DNA from: Octopus vulgaris
Lineage: Eukaryota
Length of the DNA stretch: 64,000 nt
Assembly (NCBI GenBank): GCA_951406725.2
Contig: OX597816.1
Span: forward strand, 109,368,001-109,432,000
Reading direction: 5' to 3'
Shown here: piece after piece, positions 14,218-26,575 of the stretch
How positions within the stretch are numbered: the stretch's first letter is position 1
Layout: every line of letters starts with the position of its first letter
Translations under genes and position numbers: made by a program
The notes under the pieces: model-generated
Told to the model about the DNA's origin: nothing
The model's database searches: none
Seen by the model: the letters and a program-made list of their open reading frames with translations, nothing else

Positions 14218-14220
<3 letters not shown>
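14154..14220 (-). pseudogene. tRNA-Phe(GAA) pseudogene
   Basis: Minus strand tagctcagttgggagagcattagattgaagatcttaaaggactctggtttgatcc...tttctgca resembles eukaryotic tRNA-Phe. The T loop is mutated and the 5' acceptor strand is replaced by (TA)n. Confidence 0.8.
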
Positions 14221-14252
<32 letters not shown>

Positions 14253-14255
<3 letters not shown>

Positions 14256-14417
14256 AGAGTTTACGAAAACAAAAAAAGTCGAAGACAGGTGGTGTATAAC
14301 GCTCAGGAATAGAAGAAGACTTTTACGTTTCGAGCCTACGCTCTTCTACAGAAAGGGACACAGAAAAAAACAAGGAGAGAAAACAATGTGTGTAGTGGCT
14401 AACGATCAATCATGGCG
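14253..14417 (-). mobile_element. Short Penelope pLTR-like repeat with a hammerhead-like motif; second partial copy at 57015-57190
   Basis: Shares gacgaagacaggt...ttttacgtttcgag-like sequence with 57015-57110; contains the motif at 14320-14355. Confidence 0.6.
14320..14355 (-). ncRNA. Minimal type I hammerhead-like motif (A6U core variant)
   Basis: cuuu CUGUAGA a gagc guag gcuc GAA ACGU A aaag: stems I and II pair, stem III is the palindrome ACGU, cleavage triplet GUA. Confidence 0.6.
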
Positions 14418-14622
14418 ACATGTGGCACATGGCGCTCTTGTACAGATATAATGTAGATTTGATGTAGTGAGTGAGCTTATATGAACATAAACATTTGACC
14501 ACTATAAATCAGTCATCATGCGTCATCTAACGACGGGAGAGTCCATGATATATATATATGTATATATATCCTGCTCCAGCATGGTCACAGCTCATGAGCT
14601 AAAACCGGTTCAGTTCAATTCA

Positions 14623-14677
<55 letters not shown>

Positions 14678-14679
<2 letters not shown>

Positions 14680-14940
14680 GGACTCTCCCGTCGTTAGATG
14701 ACGTATGATGATTTATTTAGAGTGGTCAAATGTTTATGTTCATATAAGCTCACTCACTACATCAAATCGACATTATATCTGTACAAGAGCACCATGTGCC
14801 ACATGTTAGTTGACGAAATGATCGGGGAACAACGTGAAATGATGTACCTTGTTCAAGAACACAGCATCAGGTCCGGTCTGGGAATCGAACCACCAGTGAT
14901 CTCGCAATCGTTAGTACAACATCCCAACCAATAGCCCATG

Positions 14941-14942
<2 letters not shown>
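14678..14942 (-). mobile_element. tRNA-headed SINE family D; an inverted partial copy lies at 14418-14546
   Basis: Aligns with 24589-24892 and 58545-58840; B box ggttcgattccc. Confidence 0.8.
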
Positions 14943-15014
<72 letters not shown>

Positions 15015-15016
<2 letters not shown>

Positions 15017-15829
15017 TGTGTCTGTGTGGTAAGAAGCTCAATAAAAAAAAGAAAAAGAAAAATGGGACATTGCCGGCGGTTTGTGACACACTGCTGGCGT
15101 GTCCCGAAGCACCTTTGGTGGGAGCTGTGCTACCGAAGTTAGAAACTGTAGGCCCTTCCCATGCTAGGGGTGAGGAATTTGTGATACTCTTTCATAAGGA
15201 AGGGTCGTTGGAAAGCTTCGTCAAGAAGTTTAAAAAGAAAGGCCGGAGGGAAGGGATTCTATCTTGCACTGAGGACCCTAACTGGCCTTCGCAGGTGGCT
15301 GCGGAGGTCATATAGGAGACCAATTTGTGCAGGGTGATGAACTCCTTCCCCGAGGACACTTTTAGATTTATGTTAAAGTGGCCTGACTTGGCACCGTCCA
15401 GGTACTTGAATGAGGCGCGGAACTTGGTCGGGCATGAAAGTTTATAATTGAAAATAAAGGTAAGAGTCTTAGTGCTTCATTTTGTTATGGAATTGTGAAC
15501 AATGTAAGATGTTTGTTGCCTCGTGAATGAAATATAAAAGATCAATGTTCTCGAGTAAGCAGCAATCGATGGGCATTGCTTGTTGCCCTCATATATCATA
15601 ATTTTCATTTGTCATTTCATATAACATTATGTCTATGTCCAGCCCGCAGCTTCCCTTCTATGTAAGGCCTTTATGGCCAATATAATGAATAAAGAAGCTT
15701 GCTTCCCAACCACATGGTTCTGGGTTCAGTTCCACTGCGTGACACCTTGGGCAAGTATCTTCTACTATAGCTTCGGAATGACCAACGCCTTGTGAGTGGA
15801 TTTGGTAGACGGAAGCTGAAAGAAGCCTG

Positions 15830-15880
<51 letters not shown>

Positions 15881-15960
15881 AATACACATATATATATATT
15901 TGTGTGTCTGTGTTTGTCCCACCACCATCGCTTGACAACCGATCTTGGTGTGTTTACCTG
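15015..15960 (+). mobile_element. SINE family A copy split by a 653-bp insertion
   Basis: The head ggtgtgtctgtgtggtaagaagct (15015-15038) resumes at 15692 as aagaagcttgcttcccaaccacatgg. Confidence 0.85.
15039..15691 (+). mobile_element. Inserted retroposed fragment with an unidentified ORF remnant and an 8-bp TSD
   Basis: aagaagct at 15031-15038 and 15692-15699. A GC-richer frame runs to 15447 with one internal TAG. The 3' end resembles the Tx1 3' end at 20270-20320. Confidence 0.7.
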
Positions 15961-15984
15961 TAAAGGTATCTCTTTTCCCTATCC

Positions 15985-17200
15985 TCCTTGCAAGTGGCAC
16001 GCTTCGAGACAAACTGAAGTAAGGCATAATATAACCCTGTCTTAAAGGCTGAAGCAATCTAGATTCTAAAAGTTATATGCTTATCTCTCTGACCTCACGT
16101 ATCAGCGAAGTCATGGAATGCATTGTCAGAAGGAAAGTAATCACGTCTTTTGAAGAAAATTACTCACTAATTAACACCCAATTTGATTTTCCATGAAGAA
16201 GGGGCTGCCTTACTCAGTTCGTGCAACACTACGACTAGGTATCAAAATAGTTGCTCAATCACTCAAATGTGAATGTGACATTTTGCGAAAGCCTTCGATA
16301 CAGTCAATCATAATATGTCACAAACTATGAGATCTCAACATAGTTGGAAAACTAGGAAAGTGATTGCATGAGTTTTTAAAAGACAGAAGACTGGCAGTAA
16401 TAGCCAACTGAACCATCACCCGGGAAGCAATAGTAGTGAGTAGCGTCCCCAAGGATATTGTCTTGGGGGCCAGTGTTGTTGCTAGTGGCTCTCTGTCTTT
16501 TGCTTGTTTCTGTCATTGGAATGCTGCTATGTTGGGGCACCGCCTTGAATATTTAGTGCAACAAATTAACCCCAGTAGTTTGGTAAAGTCTGTCACTTTT
16601 TCCACCGGTTTCTACTACCGAACCGCTAGGTTACCAGGACGAAAGAAATCCAACATCGGTTACTAAGAGGTGGGGACAAATACAAGCTCAAACGCACACG
16701 CACGCACGCACACACATACACACGCACACATATACACAAGACGGGGTTTCATACTGTTTCTGTCAACCAAATTTAATCACAAAACATTGGTCGATCTAAG
16801 TGCCATGCAACGCGAGTGAACCCGAAATCTGTTCAGCAAAGCGAGCTTCTCAGCAACACATGAATGCCATCATTTACGCAGACGATACAAAAGTATCATA
16901 CAGGATAAAGAACCTTGGCCACCTATGCTTCTACAGTATGATTTTAAAGCTATATCAAATCGGGCCGAAGATTGATGCTCAAAATTTCACCGCTCACCGC
17001 TATGAGCACGCAAAGTTAAATGGAGAAAAACTCAAAATATATTGAAACCAGGAGAGATCGCAGTCTCACAGTTACAATAAATACATGTTTTCGGTATGAA
17101 TCTGAGAAATAATGCATCTGTTCATATGCATAATACTAAAATGGCATTGAAATGTAAATTTTAGGCCGGATGGATTCTATGAATTTTCAGAAGAAAAAGA
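15985..17200 (+). pseudogene. CR1/L2/Jockey-group LINE reverse-transcriptase remnant, interrupted by a SINE
   Basis: ISLTSRISEVMECIV, AKAFDTVNH, FLKDRRLAV, SSVPKDIVLG and YADDTK motifs, with stops and frameshifts. Confidence 0.85.
16495..16867 (-). mobile_element. Degraded SINE family A copy nested in the RT remnant
   Basis: Contains the tgtttctgtcatt...ggggcaccgcctt tail and ccgaaccgctag body. Confidence 0.75.
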
Positions 17201-17245
17201 AGTGCACAAACAAACACACATCTATATCTACACACACACACACAC

Positions 17246-17303
<58 letters not shown>

Positions 17304-17306
<3 letters not shown>

Positions 17307-17631
17307 TGACACTTCGTCGGTCACAACGACGAGTGTTCCAGTCGAACCGGTCAACGGAACAGCCTGCTCGTGAAATTAGCTTGCAAGTGGTTGAGCAATC
17401 CAGAGATACGTGTACCCTTAACGTAGTTCTCCAAGAGATTCAGCGTGACACCGGGAGTGACAAAGCTGGCCCTTTGAAATACGGATACCAATTATTTCTT
17501 CCAGCCGAATGGACTGGAGCAATGTGAAATAATGTGTCTTGCTCAAGGACACAAAGTGTTGCTGGGAATTGAATTCATGACTTTACAATCATCAGCCGAA
17601 TACCCTAGCCACATAGCCATGGGCCTTCACA
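17304..17631 (-). mobile_element. tRNA-headed SINE family C
   Basis: Minus strand has a gtgaaggcccatggct..gtggctagggtatt head like family D, a tgtgtccttgagcaagacac..ttgctccagtcca core and a different 3' body. Confidence 0.75.
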
Positions 17632-17646
17632 TATTCATACATATAT

Positions 17647-17690
<44 letters not shown>

Positions 17691-17886
17691 GACATATTTA
17701 TGTGTGTATGCGCGCGCGTATACATTCGATTGAGCAGACACACAGGCGTAAAACCACCGTTTCATTCTGTTTATAAGGGCATGAAATATAGCACAAAAAT
17801 TCATTAACTAGGATTTAAAAACTTTGCGATCCATGTAAGCCGTGTACATTGTATAAAGCGTCTGTCACATCTTCTGCGTCTTTTTT

Positions 17887-17952
<66 letters not shown>

Positions 17953-19076
17953 AAGCACTGAATAAAAAGAACACAACAAACTGAAAAAATTAATAAAAAC
18001 ATAACAAACGGAAAAATTAGACAAAACCATAGTACATGGAAAATTCGTAGCTGATTCCTCATCAGTCAATATCCAAGAGATCATAGTGGTTTCGCTACTT
18101 TAACCTTAATACCACTCCGTCTCGGCAGCACCAGACCAGAAAGCTACTGGAAATATCTAACGAATGTATACGACAAGCACAAAAACAACAACGCAAACTA
18201 AAATAATCCATTCCACTATTGACACAAGGCCTGAAATTTGGGGGAGTGGGGTAGTCAATTTACATCGACCATGGTGTTCAACTGGTATTTTTTTTATCGA
18301 TCCCGAAATGATGAAAGGCAAAGTCGACCTCAGCGGAATTTGAACTCAGAACGTAGCGGTGGGCAAATTACTGCTAAGTATTTCGTCCAGCGTGCTAAAG
18401 ATTCTGCCTGCTCGCCGCTTTACGACAAGCTAAAATAATATAACAGTATAATAATATAACAGAGCGAGGAGCACCAGCAAGCGTGACCGGTCCGGTCAAA
18501 GGCAGGGCTGTAAAGAACGACACCACCTTAGGTCGACATCGGTCACATGGTAGTGGAAGAACATAGGAAGCATTTTGGAGGGCAGAGGGACTGAAGAAAC
18601 GGAGCAGAATAAGAGAGAGGGAAAGAGAGAAAAAGAGACTGAGAGAGACAAAAAGGATTGAAAGAGAGGAACGGAAAGGGAAGAGATAGTCTTAGATGTC
18701 GCACAACAAATATTCAAAGAATATTTTTACAATTAAGTAAACAAATATAATGGGTACATTGCGTTCCATAAATATTTCAAGCATTGAATAAAAAGAGCAC
18801 AACAAACGGGAAAATCTAACAAAAACATAACAAACGGAAAAATTTAACAAGAACATAGCGAACAGATAAATTATACAAAACTCTATTGCACAGAAAATAC
18901 GCAGCTGATTCCTCATCTATCAGTGCCCTGGATAATCATAGTGGTTTCGCGCTTTTAGCATTGATATCACTCCGTCTTGGCAGAACCAGAGCAGAAACCC
19001 ACTGGAAGTAGCTAACGAACATATACGACAAGGACAAAACAAACAAGATAAACTAAAATAATATAACAATTGTATA
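17953..19076 (-). mobile_element. Non-coding element with two diverged direct repeats of about 255-300 bp (17953-18207 and 18779-19076)
   Basis: Shared blocks gaataaaaaga, aaacataacaaacggaaaaatt, agctgattcctcatc, atcatagtggtttcgc, cactccgtct and tatacgacaag occur in the same order. Confidence 0.75.
18208..18421 (-). mobile_element. SINE family B copy
   Basis: gatgaaaggcaaagtcgacctcagcggaatttgaactcagaacgt is the reverse complement of the family B core. Confidence 0.9.
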
Positions 19077-19223
19077 TAAAAACCCAAAAATGAATATATA
19101 ATTATAGCAGAAAACAGCTTTACGACCGTCAAGCAGGCTGTTCTGAGTAAAGCAGATATAAGAGGGCAGTTGTGTGTAATGTGCACACACACACACACAT
19201 ACACATAAATACCCCCTATACTC

Positions 19224-19282
<59 letters not shown>

Positions 19283-19328
19283 CTGTGTGTGTGTGTGTGT
19301 GTGTATCTATCTATCTATCTATCTATCT

Positions 19329-20319
19329 GGAGGTACGACGACGAACTCGGGGCGAACCCGGACGTCGACGAGGAATACCTGACCCGCCTGTTCGGGACGA
19401 CTTTCGTGCCAGGGCCCATGGACAACTTCCAGAGTTCCCTGGCCTGGCAGTGCTACCGAGAAGCGCTACCCGTTCGGGATAAGCTCTACAGACACGGCTC
19501 GAGAAACACGGGGCCGACCTGCCCGAGATGCGGTCAGAGTGACGAAACCGTTCTGCACGCACTCGTGCAGTGTCCAACAATTTCCGACCTGTGGGCTTAT
19601 GTCGAACAACTGCTATCACGTGTGGGACGAGTCGGTTTATCAGCTGAGTCTATCGTCAATATTGTCACGCCTCCTTCCTTCAAACGGGAAGGAAGAGCTA
19701 TTTTCATGATCCTTGTGGCTATGGCGAAAGAATGTATCTGGTGGACGCGTCTGAAAGGATGGAGACAAACACTTTCCTCTCTGGTCAATCTCTCATCAAC
19801 TTCTTCAAGTACCACTTGAAAAGGAAAGTGAGAGTAGAGAGGCAAGTTTTGTCTAGCGAATGTTTTAAAAAAAGATGGGCGAATGTAGCAAGGATGGCAA
19901 GTATGAATGACGAAGCCACCTTGAGCATAATCCTATGAACCCAGAAATTGAAAACAGAGGGTTACCCACTTGCAAACAAATGTGGTAACATGTAACAATA
20001 TTGACCGAGGTTACGTGGTCTTTTCTGTAGGCTTTTCTTCCCACGGATAAACCTTATCTGCTTTCCCCTTTACACCGTACATCATGACACTGTGATACAC
20101 GATCCCTATTGATCCTTTTTTCTTCTTCTTCGCCTGTTTTCCCTTTTCTCCTTTTTTAATTTGTTTTGTTTCTTTTTCTTTTTTTTCTTTTTTTTCTCCA
20201 TTCCCTTTTACGATCCCTTTTTATCGAAAACCTACCACACTTTTTTTTTCCAAAAAAAGAAAAGCTCTACTTTGTAATCTGTCCCGTCTGTGTGCAGCCC
20301 TGTGTGGCTAATAAAAAAA

Positions 20320-20320
<1 letters not shown>
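19329..20320 (+). mobile_element. 5'-truncated Tx1/L1-clade LINE: ORF2 C-terminus (19329-19938, one frameshift near 19760) plus 3' UTR
   Basis: zf-RVT-type motif WQCYREALPV...CPRCGQSDETVLHALVQCP...LW, then AKECIWWTR. Pyrimidine-rich UTR ending aataaaaaaa. Confidence 0.9.
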
Positions 20321-20356
<36 letters not shown>

Positions 20357-20398
20357 CTATCTCTATATATATATATATATTTATATATTAATTTTAAT

Positions 20399-20436
<38 letters not shown>

Positions 20437-20904
20437 GAAAGGAACACAGAAGACGCGACAAGTACTTATGCTTCATACAATGTTTTCTGGAGTCTGCCGT
20501 TGTTAATTACGTAATTGCTTGAACACTATTCTGCAACGCAATGCTGCCAGCGTATCTCATCAGTGTTATTGGTTAAAACACGTCACAAATAAAGATGCAA
20601 AGTCTTATATATATTATCATATATAAGGTCTTGTATATATGTACAGCTCCGTTATTAAAGCAGAATAGAAGTGAAACGATATGTAATCATGAGAGAGAAG
20701 TGTGAAGGTGTTGAGAAAGGAAGGCCATCAAAGCCATATCTGCAGTCGAGCCATACGCATTCATGCACCCTTCCATAATCACATATGTACATACATACAG
20801 ATATATATATACATACGCACACACATATATCCTGAAGGGTGGTGTTGGAAAGGTAAGGGCAAATTGTGGCAGCATGGGAGGGAGCAGAGGCGAATGCTTA
20901 TTGA

Positions 20905-21192
20905 CCAATCCTCATATACTACATTAATATTCCTCGCACTTTCTGTTGCGTTGTTGCCTTTATTGAACTTATTAGGCAAAATATGCTGAATATGCTCCTT
21001 TGTCACTTCCATTATGACTTTGAAAAAATTACTCAAAATCGAGCTGCACTCTTCAAAACTTGCACTAAGAATAAGTACAAGGTAAAATTACTACCTGTTT
21101 TTATAGCAAATTGATGCAGGTAGTTTATCCCGTCCCCCTTCGACTTTTTGTTTATGCAATTGAAAAAACGCATTATTTATGGGATGACCCAA
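20905..21192 (-). mobile_element. 5' end of a mariner element (TIR plus transposase N-terminus)
   Basis: TA-ttgggtcatcccataaataatgcg terminus; MEVTKEHIQHILPNKFNKGNNATESARNINVVYED resembles the mariner HTH start. Confidence 0.8.
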
Positions 21193-21281
21193 TACATAAA
21201 TTCAAGCGACACACAGTCGCTGATTATGCAACAGGCTAAAAGGCCAGTTCTAAAATCTCTCTCTATCTCCCTCTCTCTCCG

Positions 21282-21331
<50 letters not shown>

Positions 21332-21351
21332 CACACATATATATATATATA

Positions 21352-22510
21352 TATATTATCTGCACTTTCACTTATAACTTCCTTTAGGTTGGGTGCATTG
21401 CCTTCAACGTTTGCGTGCTAAAGTGGGGGTACTCTTTTGATTACGTAACCGAGGTTTGATCTTGGGCACTCCAGTTTTCTTTCTTGTGTTACAGTATATA
21501 TATGACTACTCTGCTGGCAGCATGCACTAAGAAAGAACAAGGATGAGTAATACGATTTCACTGGTCTGAAGTTGTGTGAGGAGCTCCACAACCTGTAGAA
21601 ATGCAATGTAAATGGATCGAGAAGTTTCAAAATTGCTGGACATACGTGAAGCACGAAGAGGGATCAGAGTATCTAGCAACCTGCACCACTGACGTGAAGA
21701 TTCAGCAAGTTCGAGAGATGATTCTAGCGAACCAACAAGTGACCATACGAAATACCCCTCGACAATCTTCGGTTCTATAACGTCTGTTCAAGATTGGCCA
21801 CAAGAAGTGTTAACAAAGTGCATAAACAAGAGTGTGGAAATCTATCAACACTTACTCGACCGCTACGATGTTGAAGGTGATTTTTGGGGAGAACAAAATC
21901 ACTGGACATGAGATCATGGAACATCACTTTTAGCCAGAATACAAAAGGCAGAGAATGGAGTGGAAACACCCAAAATGGTGGGAGAAGCAAAGGAAATTGA
22001 AGTTTCAACTTTCCCCAGAGATACTAACCACTTGTAGGACACGAAAGGGCCTGTTCTAGAATATTGTCTCGTAAAGGGGTCCTCGTTTACCAGAGTAGGT
22101 TAGACTGAAATGCTGGTCAACAAAATGAATGCAGCAATTCGCACCAAACGCAAGTGTTATTGCTGCACTGCAATACACCCTCACATACCAACGCTCACCA
22201 ATTAAACCATTGAAAAGTTGGATTCCGAGTTGTTGGAACATCATGCATATAGTTCAGATCTCGTCCTTGCCGGCTATTACCTTTTTCAACCGCTCATTCA
22301 TTCTTTACAAGGTCAAAGAAGCGCAGGAAGCAGTGCATAAATTGCTGCGCCATCAGCTAAGGAAGTTCGATGGAATAAGCAAGCTCGTGAACCGCTAGAA
22401 GTGCATCAAAAAGCAAGACTATGTCAGAAAACGATATCGTTGTTCAAACCGTGCTTTACTATTAATAATATACAGAAATAAGTGTGTGTATAATTTTTGA
22501 CTTACACTTG
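21352..22510 (+). pseudogene. Heavily degraded mariner (irritans-like)
   Basis: Fragments VIRFHW, KWIEKFQN, KIQQVREMILANQQVTI, EYKRQRMEWKHP, YSSDL and DYV; TIR remnants at both ends. Confidence 0.75.
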
Positions 22511-22592
22511 TCTATATTTACACACACATACGTGCGCGCGCATATGTATGTATGTATGTATGTATGTATATATATATGTATGTGTATGTATT

Positions 22593-22624
<32 letters not shown>

Positions 22625-23056
22625 TATAAAAAATGAAGTTCGAAAATGCTGCTGTATTATACAATTTTTAATTTTTATATATACATTATAACATGTTTCA
22701 GTTCCTGAAATGAACCTTATCAAAAAAGTTATATATAAAAAGAGACAGCTCATGCCGTCAAACACAAGAAATTCATTTATAATACACAACGGAGTCAGAC
22801 ATCTTAGAGTTCATGTATAGCTGATATATAGTTCATGTATAGTTGATATATAGTTTGAAGTATATTTCAAAGTGTTCGATGCAGTGGCCCACGGTGGCGA
22901 TACGTATTCAATACAAAAAACAGATCAAAGTGGTGGAAAGCGGTCAATACAGAAGATTGATGTTTCCGAAAGAGCGAGGAATTCATTTTTACCTTAAGCA
23001 ATTGTGATGACCCATGGTGGAAGTTCGCTGGGTAGAGAGAGCGAGAGGGTGAGGGG

Positions 23057-23087
<31 letters not shown>

Positions 23088-23815
23088 CTGCAAGAATGAA
23101 AATGGAGAAAATCACAAAATTTAATTGGTGATTATACCATACATTACGGCCGATGGTTTCTATTGTGCCAGCATATTTAGATACAGAAAATAAGTATAAA
23201 TACGACTCAAATATAAAATACGACTCATATATCCGAAAATATATTCTAACATAACGTTATCAAGGCAATCCTAAATGGGTTAAATTGAAAGTAGCGTAAG
23301 AAAATTTCTGTAATTCAGGAACGCACACAAAAAGTACGTGAAGAAGAAATTTATTCTAAGTAAAGCCAGTTTAGTATTTAACGTCGGTAGATAAAGAAAG
23401 AATAAAAATAATCATTGGGATTCTACGTCATGACAATAAAAAACAGAAATTCTAAGTCATGACAATTAGTTATCTATCTATTAAACAGGCGTGCGTCGAC
23501 ACTCGATTTTTTTTGCGATGCCTATCATTTGTAGTCAGATGTTCAAACATAGGGGATCTAAAACTCTGCTGTCTTTTATTTTTACCCCTTATAGTTACCT
23601 CAACCCTGAAGAAGAACCAAATTCAAAATGGTAATTTCACTCACTCTGGCAATTTTGTTTTATTCTTTCTAGCGCTTTCCAAAGATTACAAGTGCCTTGA
23701 CGCTGACACCATTACCGGACTCCTACCATTTATGTTATACATACATACATACAGACAGGCAGAGAAACGGACAGACATATAAAGATACAGTCATACGTAC
23801 ATATGTATAAACGCA

Positions 23816-23905
<90 letters not shown>

Positions 23906-24108
23906 CCTGCCTATCTAACACATGAGTATTCTTCCCTATGAAACAGGCTCGATTATTGTTCAGGTATTTCTTAACATGAAGCCAATGGTTGCCTAGATAG
24001 ACATAACAAGCATATATACATAAAGATATATACAAACACACGCACGGGCACACACACATGCACACATAAATAAACATAAATACACGCATACTCACACACG
24101 TATATACG

Positions 24109-24139
<31 letters not shown>

Positions 24140-24297
24140 TACTTGCTTACAGAAACAAATATGCTCATGTACTTGCATCTACACAACCCGCTCTTCCTCC
24201 CTCTCTAACTGCCCCGTATAATACGATCCCTAACATTTGCCTGATAATTTTTGAATTGGCTGGCTCATTTGTTTCACTCCCACTATGCATTTTACAT

Positions 24298-24333
24298 TCT
24301 TCTGATGAAGGACTGACGCCTGATATGTCAATA
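24298..24333 (+). ncRNA. Degenerate minimal hammerhead-like motif
   Basis: uu CUGAUGA agg acugacg ccu GAUAUGUC aa; GAAACGUC expected, so two substitutions. Confidence 0.4.
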
Positions 24334-24588
24334 TATTTTTACTCGGTTTAAAAAATAAAATACAGGTTGCATAATGCTTTCGACAAAGTATAATGATTTC
24401 TTTAAAGCAATAAGCTAATATTTTATTTGTTACATCTTTTGCTCTTGCGAAGTTCTTATCATAGTTCAATGTTTTTTGGATACATGCATACATGCATACG
24501 TACGTACGTACGTATACATGTATACATGCATACGTACGTACGTACGTACATACATACGTACATACGTACATACATACGTACACACATA

Positions 24589-24892
24589 ATGGAATCTCCT
24601 GGCGTTAGGTAACGAATGAATGTTGTACAAATTCTTGCTTAACAACCATATAGATAATTGTTTATAGTGGTCAAAAATATGTTTGTGCATACATAAGCTA
24701 ACTCCCCCCAACAAATAGACATTGCTTGTACAAGTGCTCGACGTGCCACTTGTTAGGTGACGAAATCATCGCAGAGCAACACGAAATGAAGTGTTTTGTT
24801 GAAGAACACAACGCAACTCCCGGGCTGAGAATCGAAACCATGATCTCGCCGTCATGAGAGCAACACCCTAACCACTAAGCCAATCGCCTTCA
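24589..24892 (-). mobile_element. SINE family D copy
   Basis: A box tggcttagtgg and B-box-like gtttcgattc; body aligns with 58545-58840. Confidence 0.8.
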
Positions 24893-26575
24893 CATACATA
24901 CATTTACACACACACACACACACGCACACACACACACAAACATACACACACACACATACAGATACACAGGTGAGTTCATCTGTATTGATTTGTTGAATTC
25001 CAATTAAGTACTACGCCACGTGTCACCTCCCTGTCACCATATCAAGCTCTCAATTTTTACCTGTTTAGAGAATATCCGGCAATTAGCTCCCCGCTACTTA
25101 ACCCATCCTTTTCCATCGGTTTTCTTACTACCATTATTGCAATCATCAGAGTCACAACCATTCTCACCACCACCTCCACCACTACTATCCTCCTTCTCAC
25201 CATCATTTATACATATGTGTAATTATGTGTGTGTATGCTTTTATGTATACAAATGAATATATATGTAAGTACAGTTTAACTGAGATTAGAAGAATTATTC
25301 TGATTGAAACATGATTTAGATTCGTTCGTTCAAAAACTTAAACCTTTTATATGATTCACGCATCCTCCTCAGAATATATTACATAACAATTTAAATCGTA
25401 AGGCTAGAAATATAAAGTGAAGATTCTTTAGTGATAACATTGATCAGGTAGCGTGTTTTCCATTTAATTTTCAGTAATCATTGGCACAAAGTTTAAAAGA
25501 TTTACCAGTTGAATAGGTTCAATCAGTTTTCCTTGCACTTTAAAACGACAGTGTGATTAGCAGGCTGTAGCTTTGAATTATTATTACTAGTTTTTATTTT
25601 ACTACAAGACATGCTGTCTGAAGTTTTAGGATTTAAAATATATGCTGTCAACTTTAACGTACTTAAGGTGTTTGTTTCGAAGTTGAGAATGGAGAACTGA
25701 GTGTTAAAGTGAGATGGCCGAGTGACTATGCTAATTCAAAGATGTAATAATGCATGCAAGTTAATGAGATGCGCAGAAGTCACACATTTTCATCTTCTGT
25801 CAAATAAACTCTGTACGTAAATACAGGAACGAGCACTCACTATCGAAACAAAGAAAGCTGGGCGACAGTTAGTATTCCGATAATATAATCGTATACGTAG
25901 ATGTAAATGTAATTGACTTTGTCTTCCTATACTGATTATTGTCAGTTGAATCCAAACTTAGTGAAATCATGTGTCAAAGAAACAGATAATTGCAATATCA
26001 GCTTCCTTGTGACATGTTTAGCTCTACAATATCCGCCATGTTTTCACGATTCGACATACAATCTTATAAGCAGTCAGTTATGTTGCAGTTGTTGTTAATG
26101 TTTAAGCCAGGTCAGTCCCTATCTAGTAGACTACATGATCAAAAGCATCCCAGGTGTTACTGTCTCATCAATCTATATGCCTAGGATTACGATTTTAATG
26201 TCATTTATTTGCTAAGTCGTTAACATCTCATCTATTAATACATCTAGTATTACGTTGTCTAACGTACCAGTTATTTGTCAAGAAAGTAGGGTGTGATTTA
26301 AAGGAAATTTCATTACCTATTTCTAGCAGGTCAGAAAACAGCATAGACACCCTCTCCAACATGGCGATTATTTCTCGAATATCGTTTATAACAATATTAT
26401 ATAACATGCAGTCCATGTAGGGAGGTTTGCATAGTACCTATGCATATCTGGGTACTATGCATAGAAATACACTTCTTTTTATTGGTGCATGCATGCAAAG
26501 GTTTGGAAGGCATGATAGAAGACATGTAAGAACTTAGAGGGTTTAAAGTACAGCTATATATAAAGGACATATATA

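Noticed and set aside
20520-20570. Further weak hammerhead-like fragments (20520 minus, 23605 plus, 30870 plus, 37148 minus)
   Set aside because: Each has several core defects and incomplete stems, so they cannot be told from chance by eye.
22840-22900. FKVFDAVAHG resembling the RT motif KAFDxVxH
   Set aside because: Too short, with no neighbouring RT motifs.
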